Source: an uncultured Candidatus Saccharibacteria bacterium
Lineage (GTDB): Bacteria > Patescibacteriota > Dojkabacteria > J137
Direction: 5' to 3'
Assembly (NCBI GenBank): GCA_964607415.1
Contig: CAZSKK010000001.1
Location: forward strand, 492,939-556,938
Length of the DNA: 64,000 nt
Shown here: one piece after another, positions 56,438-64,000 of the stretch
How positions within the stretch are numbered: the stretch's first letter is position 1
Layout of the letters: each line of letters starts with the position of its first letter
Notes under the pieces: generated by a model
Databases searched by the model: none
The model's input: only the letters and a program-made list of their open reading frames with translations
What the model was told of the DNA's origin: nothing
Made by a program: the position numbers and the translations under genes

Positions 56438-56653
56438 TATATCTACATACAGTTTTTTATTTTTCATTTACCTGATACCAGTTACTACACCTTTCCTCTC
56501 CGCTCTTTTACCTTTTTCTATATCCCACATTCAATATTCCTATATCCATTTTCAAATTTCCATTCTATAATTAAGTAAGCAATTTGAGAATTTTTGAATT
56601 TTGAAATTTTTTAAAAATTAATTGATACCACATTAATCTTTAATTGCATTACT

Positions 56654-57853
56654 TTGCCTCTAGCAGACGAACTTAGACCAAAAACTTTAGACGAATTTGT
56701 AGGACAGCAACATCTTGTTGGTAAAAATAAACCAATCCGCAAAATGCTTGAATCGGGTAAAATAACTTCGATGATTCTTTGGGGACCACCAGGCTCAGGG
56801 AAAACCACACTTGCAAGACTTATTCCTAACTATATAAAAGCCGAATTTATTCCCTATTCAGCAGTAACGGGAAGTGTTAAAGAAGTTCGTGAAATCATCA
56901 AGCTAGCAACTCAAAGAAAAGAAGAGTCAGGAATTGAAACAGTTCTGTTTGTTGATGAAATTCACAGGTTTAATAAAAGCCAACAAGATGCATTTTTACC
57001 ATCAGTTGAAGATGGAACTATAATTTTAATTGGTGCAACAACAGAAAACCCAGGTTTTGAAGTAAACGCTCCTCTAATTTCTAGAAGCCAAGTTTATGTC
57101 TTCTTTAGTTTAACTGACCAAGAGATTAAGGAAATAACTCAAAGAGCAATAAAGTATTTTCCCAAAAATAATTTTGAAGCGTCAGCAATAAAACACATAG
57201 TAAAACACGCTAATGGGGATGCAAGAACAGCAATAAACGCTGTAAGCCTGGCTGCATCAATTGCAAAAACAGTTAATTTAAAAGTTGCAGAAGAGGCACT
57301 TCAACAAAAGGCAATATATTATGATAAAAAAGGTGATAATCACTACGATACAATTTCTGCTTTTATAAAAAGTATGCGAGGCGGCAACCCTGACGCTACT
57401 CTTCACTACCTCGCCAGAATGATAAAAGCGGGCGAAGATCCAGTCTTTATTGCTCGCAGAATGCTTATATTTGCCTCGGAAGACATAGGGAACGCCCAGG
57501 TGGCAGCATTAATGGTTGCGACCACTTGTATGCAAGCTGTAAAAATGATTGGTATGCCAGAAAGTCAGTTGATTTTAGCTCAAACAGCAACCTATCTTGC
57601 AACGGCAAAAAAATCAATCGCATCAACCATCGGAATTTTTGAAGCCTTACAAGATATCGATATGGAAAAGCTTGATGCAATACCACTTCATTTAAGAAAT
57701 GCCCCTAACAAAGTGATGCGAAATCTTGGATATGGGAAAGGTCATATTCGTTATCCCTGGCTTGAAGAACTAAAGACAGGAAAAAAGGTTGAGCAGGAAT
57801 ACATGCCTAAAAATTTAAAAGGTAAAAAATATTATAGAAAAGACTGGGAGTAA
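56654..57853 (+). CDS. rarA: Replication-associated recombination protein A (AAA+ ATPase).
   Basis: [15 protein letters not shown]...[15 protein letters not shown], and a C-terminal MgsA helical domain. Confidence 0.9.
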   Translation: MPLADELRPKTLDEFVGQQHLVGKNKPIRKMLESGKITSMILWGPPGSGKTTLARLIPNYIKAEFIPYSAVTGSVKEVREIIKLATQRKEESGIETVLFVDEIHRFNKSQQDAFLPSVEDGTIILIGATTENPGFEVNAPLISRSQVYVFFSLTDQEIKEITQRAIKYFPKNNFEASAIKHIVKHANGDARTAINAVSLAASIAKTVNLKVAEEALQQKAIYYDKKGDNHYDTISAFIKSMRGGNPDATLHYLARMIKAGEDPVFIARRMLIFASEDIGNAQVAALMVATTCMQAVKMIGMPESQLILAQTATYLATAKKSIASTIGIFEALQDIDMEKLDAIPLHLRNAPNKVMRNLGYGKGHIRYPWLEELKTGKKVEQEYMPKNLKGKKYYRKDWE

Positions 57854-57931
57854 TAGCTATAAAAGCCTAATTACAAATATAAATTAGGATTTGGTAGTAG
57901 AGTAAATAATGTATTTTTATAGTTTAAAAGC

Positions 57932-58351
57932 TTAAGCCCCTGGACTCCTAAGCCGCTCGATTAGTCGCCTTAATTCACGATCAGATAACATTGTTGAACT
58001 TGTAAAACGTTTTGAAAAAATATTGTAAAGAGCTAAGAAGGAGCTCTCATCTACAGCTCTGATAATAAAGGATTCCGCAGGTACAATAAGTACATTTGAT
58101 TGCTTATCTATTAAATCAATTTGTGCTTCCACAATACATGCAGTTTCTTCATTTTCAAAATATTCAGGAATTATAAAAACTTCAGAGGGATCCAAGCCGT
58201 AAGATTTTAACTTTATACAAAAATCTCTTAATAATTCTGGAAAAGTATCGTTGTAGCCTGAAAGTAAATTATTTAAGCGGACAATTCCATCAACTGATTC
58301 AACTACAAAATTGTTAGAAGGTAACTCGTTTAAACCTGGCATTAACAACAA
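57932..58351 (-). CDS. Hypothetical protein.
   Basis: 139-aa ORF. Confidence 0.45.
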   Translation of the reverse strand: MLLMPGLNELPSNNFVVESVDGIVRLNNLLSGYNDTFPELLRDFCIKLKSYGLDPSEVFIIPEYFENEETACIVEAQIDLIDKQSNVLIVPAESFIIRAVDESSFLALYNIFSKRFTSSTMLSDRELRRLIERLRSPGA

Positions 58352-58393
58352 GTAAAGTTAATACTGGGAGATTACCAAACAAGTGTTTTGTCG

Positions 58394-59488
58394 TCAAGTG
58401 GTTTGTAAAAGTTGGGCTTCCTTTTTATGGGAAAAACTCAACAATACCCTAATTAATAAAAACATGATAAAAAGCGAAATGCCTATTAGTAAGACCATTT
58501 GAAAAATATTATTGATCATGCTTTCCAAACCACCCAACACTTTGATGACCAACTCCTGTACCTGCAAGTTATCATTTTGTGCCTGCTTCTCAATTGTATC
58601 AAAAATCAATGGAATAACTGCCAGTGTACTCCCTGATAAAGCTGTAACTAAAACACCTACAAGAATATAAATATTAGAAAAATTAATAACAAAATTCTTT
58701 ATTCCATCTTTTGAAAATAAGCCAACAAGTAAGCTCAAAACAATTGACAGGACAATTAAACCAAATCCTAAAATCTTTGTATATAAAGCAATATCACTTG
58801 CAGTTTCAATTGCATCTTGAAAGGATTTTTTATCTTCGTCAGACTTTATTAAGCTTAAAACTGAATCTAAAGAAGTTTTCTCCCCGATTCCAGCATACCC
58901 TGCTTCTTGTAAAGCCTGCTCTACCACATCTTGGTTATCTAATATGGTTGCAAGTCTGCTTTCAAGTTCAGCCCTACTTTCAGAAAAAATCTGCGTAAAG
59001 TTTGAAGGTTTACATTCAGGAACATAGTTTCCATCAACACCAGGCTGAAAATTTTCTAAATCACTATCATTTTCACATGTTGGTAACTTACTAAAATTCT
59101 CCTCAAAACTATCAAGTACCTTATTTCTAAACTCCTCTGACGTTATCTTATTTTTTAAATCTTCTTTAGGAAAATATATGTAAAAATCATCCCTTCGGTT
59201 AATCCAGTTAGAAAGATAATCAAGATTTGTAAAAACCGTCTTCTTTACTAAAGTTTTTATATCTAGCTCATTAAGTATAGGTTTCAAAAAAAGCTGAACA
59301 TCATCTTGATCTGCATCAAAATATTTTTCAATATTGTCAATTTCGTCAAAAATGCCTGCGTTTTCTAAGCCTGATTTATAGAAGTCAGCATTTGTAAGTT
59401 TAAATCGAAAGGTTATTAAAAAGATACCACTAACTGCAAAGAAAATTGCAAAGATACCAAAAAATATTTGAGCTAATCGGCGTAACAT
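58394..59488 (-). CDS. Polytopic membrane hypothetical protein.
   Basis: An N-terminal TM and three C-terminal TM segments. Confidence 0.5.
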   Translation of the reverse strand: MLRRLAQIFFGIFAIFFAVSGIFLITFRFKLTNADFYKSGLENAGIFDEIDNIEKYFDADQDDVQLFLKPILNELDIKTLVKKTVFTNLDYLSNWINRRDDFYIYFPKEDLKNKITSEEFRNKVLDSFEENFSKLPTCENDSDLENFQPGVDGNYVPECKPSNFTQIFSESRAELESRLATILDNQDVVEQALQEAGYAGIGEKTSLDSVLSLIKSDEDKKSFQDAIETASDIALYTKILGFGLIVLSIVLSLLVGLFSKDGIKNFVINFSNIYILVGVLVTALSGSTLAVIPLIFDTIEKQAQNDNLQVQELVIKVLGGLESMINNIFQMVLLIGISLFIMFLLIRVLLSFSHKKEAQLLQTT

Positions 59489-59565
59489 AACCTATTGTAA
59501 TTAAATTTAAAAAAGATCTCTAGGGTGAAAGATGAAATTTGTAAAATATCAAGTTATACTTAGGC

Positions 59566-60492
59566 ATGTCTAATGCTATCGAAGTAAAAGATCTAACGAA
59601 AGAATACAAAACAGGTTTTAAATCTGTAGATTCTGTAAGTTTTGAGGTTAAACACGGCGAAATTTTTGGTATATTAGGACCAAATGGTGCTGGTAAAACT
59701 ACAACTCTAGAGATGATTGAGGGTATAAGACCAATTTCTTCTGGAGAAGTATATATAAAAAATATAAAGCAAGCGCCTAAAAATCGGAATAAAATTCAGC
59801 AAAAAATAGGTATTCAACTACAATCTAGCTCATACTTCGACCTTCTTTCTCTTAAGGAAATATTAAAGCTTTTCGGCTCATTTTATAAAAAAAGAATTGC
59901 TGCCGAAAAGCTTTTAGAACAAGTAAAACTTGGGCCCAAAGCTAATGAGTTTGTAAAGAATTTATCTGGCGGTCAAGCTCAAAGATTTTCGATTGTCGCA
60001 GCTTTAGTTAATGATCCAGATGTTGTATTTTTAGATGAGCCAACAACAGGGCTTGACCCACAAATAAGAAGATCGTTATGGGAATTAATTAGAGAAATTA
60101 ACAAATCTGGAAAGACAGTAGTTCTAACTACTCACTATATGGAGGAGGCTGAAGAGCTTTGCGAACGTGTTGCTATAATGGATGGTGGACAAATTATAGC
60201 AATCGATTCTCCGCAAAATTTAATTACAAATTTGAACTTAAAATTTACCATAAAGTTTGTATCGGTTGAACCATTAAGCTCAAAACAAATCGAAAAGCTC
60301 CTAGCAAGCAAAATAATTTCAAATATTAAGCATGAGAAAGAAAAATATATTCTTAAACTAAACGATGCCACAAAAATAAACGATACTTTGAACTTACTGG
60401 AAGAAAATAAAGTAAAATTTAAAAATTTGGAAATAATTCCTCCAAACCTGGAAGATGTTTTTTTGGAATTGACTGGAAAGAAGCTGAAATAG
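59566..60492 (+). CDS. ABC transporter ATP-binding protein (ABC-2 type).
   Basis: Walker A GPNGAGKTT, signature LSGGQAQR, Walker B VVFLDEPTTGLD. Confidence 0.85.
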   Translation: MSNAIEVKDLTKEYKTGFKSVDSVSFEVKHGEIFGILGPNGAGKTTTLEMIEGIRPISSGEVYIKNIKQAPKNRNKIQQKIGIQLQSSSYFDLLSLKEILKLFGSFYKKRIAAEKLLEQVKLGPKANEFVKNLSGGQAQRFSIVAALVNDPDVVFLDEPTTGLDPQIRRSLWELIREINKSGKTVVLTTHYMEEAEELCERVAIMDGGQIIAIDSPQNLITNLNLKFTIKFVSVEPLSSKQIEKLLASKIISNIKHEKEKYILKLNDATKINDTLNLLEENKVKFKNLEIIPPNLEDVFLELTGKKLK

Positions 60493-60607
60493 CATATGAG
60501 CTAAAGAGGTTTAGAGTTGAAAAGGTAGAGAGGAAAGTGCAGCATTATTTTGTAATGTTAAGCCTTTCGAAATATGAATAAAATTCTTAAGTCCTTAATC
60601 ATTTGAT

Positions 60608-61702
60608 ATGTTTAAACTAATTTACTACTCATTATTAAACTACTTTCGTGATTTCGAAGCTATATTCTGGACACTTGGTCTACCTATGATATTTCTTGTT
60701 CTTTTCAAGTTTGTCAGCCTTGGTGGTGAAGTTGGTGCAAATGTAATCATTGTTGATAACACTCAATCGTCTTTTTATTCTACAATTATTAACGATCTGA
60801 GAAAATCTGAAACTTTATTCATAAACGAAGATTTTAATAATTTAGATAAAGCAAAAGAAGCTTTAGATTCTGGAGAGCCAATAGAGTTTCTTCACATTAA
60901 AGAAGGAAAACTTACATCCCAACTAAAAGCTCCTAATGTAATAATCTATGTAGACAATCAAAGTTCCAATTCTTTCAAAATAATTTTTGATCCTGCCCAA
61001 GAAAGCCAGGTAAGTTCAAGTAAAGAAGTAGAAAAGCTTATTTTAAAATCAGTTAATGGTAATGTTAATATTGAAAGAACAGGTATTAATACAAATAAAA
61101 TTGAATTTTATGATGTATTAGTTCCAGGAATTCTTGGTTTTAGTATAGCCCAGGCTCAAACTACAAGTCTTGCAATTTTGATTGCAACTCAAAAGGAAAA
61201 ACGAATTTTTAAAAGAATTGCGGCAACACCACTTTCTGTTGCAAAGTATTTGGCATCTGTTTTAACAATGCATGTACTAATTGGAATAATTCAAGCCATG
61301 GCAATACTTGCAGTTGCAAAATTTGTATTTAATGCAAACTTATATGGCAATATTTTAAATATTCTTTTATTGGTTTTATTAGGAAATTTGATATTCTTAA
61401 ACTTGGGTTTTATATCTGGAAGTTTAACCAAAACAGCCAAAGCTGCAAATGGTATTGCAAGTGGAATTGTTTTACCTATGTTGTTTTTTTCTGGAGTGTT
61501 TTTCCCAAGATCTTTACTGCCTGAATGGGCGTTTAGAATCTCAGCATATGTTCCACTAACTCCAGTCATAGACTCCCTAAGGGGTGTAAGTTTATATGCT
61601 AAATCTTTAAATACTTTCACTGATGAGCTCTTAATTATTTTAATTTGGATTATTTTAACTACCTTAATTTCTTTGAGAGTATTTAGGTTTCGGGAAGGAT
61701 GA
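60608..61702 (+). CDS. ABC-2 family transporter permease.
   Basis: Six predicted TM helices. Follows the ABC ATPase gene. Confidence 0.65.
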   Translation: MFKLIYYSLLNYFRDFEAIFWTLGLPMIFLVLFKFVSLGGEVGANVIIVDNTQSSFYSTIINDLRKSETLFINEDFNNLDKAKEALDSGEPIEFLHIKEGKLTSQLKAPNVIIYVDNQSSNSFKIIFDPAQESQVSSSKEVEKLILKSVNGNVNIERTGINTNKIEFYDVLVPGILGFSIAQAQTTSLAILIATQKEKRIFKRIAATPLSVAKYLASVLTMHVLIGIIQAMAILAVAKFVFNANLYGNILNILLLVLLGNLIFLNLGFISGSLTKTAKAANGIASGIVLPMLFFSGVFFPRSLLPEWAFRISAYVPLTPVIDSLRGVSLYAKSLNTFTDELLIILIWIILTTLISLRVFRFREG

Positions 61703-61785
61703 TGTGTTGTCTTGAAACACGGCTTCTGTCAGGTAGATAAAACATTTGAAGATAACTAATCCTCTTATGTTAGGTTGCTTGTCGT

Positions 61786-61816
61786 GTCAGGCTGAGCTTG
61801 TCAAAGCCTGAACCCC
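61786..61816 (+). repeat. Hairpin with the conserved loop TGAGCTTGTCAAA (stem TCAGGC/GCCTGA), upstream of the GIY-YIG gene.
   Basis: gtcaggctgagcttgtcaaagcctgaacccc. Confidence 0.5.
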
Positions 61817-61871
61817 TAATTTTGTATTTTAATACAATGTTTAATACTTCTTTATCTGATAGAATTTCCTC

Positions 61872-62189
61872 ATGAGAAAATATGAGTTTTTTGTATATAT
61901 CTTACTATGTAACGATGGTAGCTATTATACGGGTGTAACAAACAATCTGGAACGTAGGCTGTCAGAGCATCAAAACGGAGAAGCAAGTGCTTATACAAAA
62001 CAAAGGTTTTCCAATAAAGTTGAAGAAAAAAGCTTCGTATTCAACGATATAAGGGAGGCTATAGCTTTCGAAAAACAAGTTAAGGGTTGGTCTAGGAAAA
62101 AGAAAAAGACCTTAATAAAAGATGACTGGCAAAATATCTCTAACTTATCAAAAACTGCTAAGTGTCATACTTCGACAAGCTCAGTATGA
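61872..62189 (+). CDS. GIY-YIG nuclease family protein (small UPF0213/YhbQ-like).
   Basis: EFFVYILLCNDGSYYTGVTNNLERRLSEH is the GIY-YIG core. Confidence 0.75.
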   Translation: MRKYEFFVYILLCNDGSYYTGVTNNLERRLSEHQNGEASAYTKQRFSNKVEEKSFVFNDIREAIAFEKQVKGWSRKKKKTLIKDDWQNISNLSKTAKCHTSTSSV

Positions 62190-62191
62190 CA
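62168..62191 (-). repeat. Hairpin with the conserved loop TGAGCTTGTCGAA read on the minus strand (stem GTCATAC/GTATGAC), overlapping the 3' end of the GIY-YIG ORF.
   Basis: gtcatacttcgacaagctcagtatgac. Confidence 0.5.
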
Positions 62192-62231
62192 TGAAAACAA
62201 CCAATTCTTGACTTGTTAGACCAATAATCTT

Positions 62232-63176
62232 CTATTCTTCAAACTTATCCGGTAATCTTGCAATAAAAGTCTTTTTTATACCTTTTCCATCAGGTGAGTA
62301 TAAAGGCAATGTCAAAGAATATGCGTGTAACATTAGTCTTTTATACTTCTGGCCTCCATAAAGTTTATCACCTAAAATTGGATGCTTTATACTCGAGATA
62401 TGTACTCTAATTTGATGTGTTCGGCCAGTTTTAGGCTCTGCAAATATTCTACTGAATTTATACTTTCCAAACTTATTAAAATATTTATCAAAGTAGAATA
62501 TTGTTTTTGCATGTTTCCCCTTTCTTCCACTGGCATTGTAGTAAGCACCATCTTGATTCTTATTTACACTTATAACTGATTCTATTTCAATAAATTCATT
62601 GGGATCTTGTTGAGTTCTCATAAAATCACCATGTACTATTGCAACGTAAACTTTTTTCACTTCACGAGTTTCAAATAATTTGGAGTAAAAATCATGCGCC
62701 TTTAAATCTTTAGCTATCAAAATAACTCCTGAAGTTTCTCTATCCAGTCTGTGCACAAGCCTTGGTTTTACATTTCTTTCAAATTTAGTTTCAGAATTTA
62801 AATAATAATTTATTCCATTCAACAATGATTGATTATCTTTTTTAACAGCAGGATGAGAGTTTAAACCGGATTCTTTATTTATAACTAATGTATACTCATC
62901 CTCAAAAATAATATCCAAATTCATTTTTTGAGGTTTTAGGATTGTATTTCCTGATGGAGATTTTAGAAATTTCGCTATTGCACTTTCGTCAAAAAAAATC
63001 CTGTCTTTGAACTTCAATTTATAATTTGGAAGGACTTTTTTATTATTTACAGTAATAATGCCCTTAATTATAAGTTTTTTTACAACTGATCTTGTGATAT
63101 CTGGTCTTATTGTCAAGAAAGTTATGTCTACCCTGCTACCTGCTTCTTTTTGTTGTACAAAATGGGTTTTAATCAA
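62232..63176 (-). CDS. RluA family pseudouridine synthase with an N-terminal S4 domain.
   Basis: HRLDRETSGVILIAKD and the downstream KVYVAIVHG motif. Confidence 0.85.
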   Translation of the reverse strand: MIKTHFVQQKEAGSRVDITFLTIRPDITRSVVKKLIIKGIITVNNKKVLPNYKLKFKDRIFFDESAIAKFLKSPSGNTILKPQKMNLDIIFEDEYTLVINKESGLNSHPAVKKDNQSLLNGINYYLNSETKFERNVKPRLVHRLDRETSGVILIAKDLKAHDFYSKLFETREVKKVYVAIVHGDFMRTQQDPNEFIEIESVISVNKNQDGAYYNASGRKGKHAKTIFYFDKYFNKFGKYKFSRIFAEPKTGRTHQIRVHISSIKHPILGDKLYGGQKYKRLMLHAYSLTLPLYSPDGKGIKKTFIARLPDKFEE

Positions 63177-63195
63177 AAGTTTGAAAGTTAAACAA

Positions 63196-63876
63196 TTATT
63201 CGTTTCTTAATAATAGAGAATTATTCATTTTTTCTTCAAGAAAAAGATTAATAAGTTTTTTGAAGAGGTTCTTATTATTAAGGTACTGATCGAAGATGAT
63301 AAACTCAATTCCTGCATTTTTTGCAAATTGAGAATCAATCTCAGAATCTCCGAAGTAAATGAATTCATCTTTATCTGTTTTCTCACGAGTAATTATGTCA
63401 AGAAGACACTTAGGATTTGGTTTTTTATAACCTTCATCCACGCAAGAAATAACCTCATCAAAATACTCAGATATCTCGTTATGTTCAAGAATAGGCATTA
63501 AAAGCTTCTTACTTCTATTTGTACAAATATAAATCTTTTTCTCTCTAGTTTTTAAGAATTCTAAAATCTCTTTAGCTCCATCAAAAATCCTCATTTTTCT
63601 AATATTTTTTATCTGAATATCGGCATCAAGTTTTAGTAATTCATCTATAGATAATTCTAAATTTAGTTCTTTAAGAATGTACTCATAAAGATCTCTTATT
63701 GCCATCCCTCTTATGGATTCATGAATTTTTACAATTAGTTCAAAGTTAGCTTCTGGATGAAGTTGAGTAATTGCCCTGGCAATAGTTTCTCCACAGAACT
63801 CCCTTCCGTCAACAAGAGTATCGTCAAAATCAAAAACAAAGTAGTTTTTTGTATTATTTTTTTTCATAAAGCTCAA
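63196..63876 (-). CDS. HAD superfamily hydrolase.
   Basis: Motif I FVFDFDDTLVDG, motif II ICTNRS, motif III-IV GDSEIDSQ. Confidence 0.8.
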   Translation of the reverse strand: MSFMKKNNTKNYFVFDFDDTLVDGREFCGETIARAITQLHPEANFELIVKIHESIRGMAIRDLYEYILKELNLELSIDELLKLDADIQIKNIRKMRIFDGAKEILEFLKTREKKIYICTNRSKKLLMPILEHNEISEYFDEVISCVDEGYKKPNPKCLLDIITREKTDKDEFIYFGDSEIDSQFAKNAGIEFIIFDQYLNNKNLFKKLINLFLEEKMNNSLLLRNE

Positions 63877-64000
63877 GTTTTAAATTCAGCTTTCTATTAT
63901 AACATAAACCCGAACCGTTTTTAAGATACCAAAAAGCATCGACAGCTGACCTCTTGCTAAAAAACTAAATGTTAATTATGCTTAAATAAGTTAAATCAAT

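Noticed and set aside
1-64000. CRISPR arrays
   Set aside because: The only tandem repeats found are short microsatellites (TCTGCTA x4, TATTGCTC x4, AATTACGAG arrays with irregular spacing). None has repeat-spacer periodicity, and no cas genes are present.

Overview
The window is AT-rich (about one third GC by eye) and gene-dense. Its gene content resembles a reduced-genome, CPR/Patescibacteria-like bacterium; that taxon assignment is inference only. There are no rRNA genes and no CRISPR array. Housekeeping genes I recognise are thrS, metG, pheT (without pheS), asnB, rplU-rpmA, a tRNA-dihydrouridine synthase, sufB and sufC (15 kb apart), lepB, an FKBP isomerase, rarA, recO-like, a RluA pseudouridine synthase, an ABC-2 transporter pair, an ECF sigma factor, tRNA-Leu(TAA) and tRNA-Asp(GTC). 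Between them lie many secreted or membrane-anchored hypothetical proteins.

Features that stand out:
- A cellulosome-like locus at 1-5075: two adjacent secreted enzymes share a Cys-containing C-terminal dockerin module, next to a partial secreted protein that is possibly cohesin-like.
- A minus-strand operon at 25945-34027 built around a giant Pro/Gly/Ala/Gln-rich protein (1647 aa, with a probable -1 frameshift joining a further 392 aa).
- A family of GC-rich imperfect palindromic elements. Two are inserted in frame in the dus gene, two sit next to a DUF559 endonuclease gene, and two abut stop codons.
- A four-helix-bundle (23S-IVS-type) gene bracketed by inverted arrays of AATTACGAG repeats, with a truncated second copy on the other side of sufB.
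- A hairpin family with a conserved 13-nt loop and compensatory stems, two copies of which flank a GIY-YIG nuclease gene.
- A roughly 90-nt structured element shared between two loci (5543-5657 and 42274-42439).
- A recurrent intergenic TTAATTGG/TTAATTAG motif.
- Ribosomal protein L27 carrying a lysine-rich histone-H1-like tail.

Every call comes from reading the ORF translations and the DNA by eye. No database search was possible, so family assignments are motif-based.
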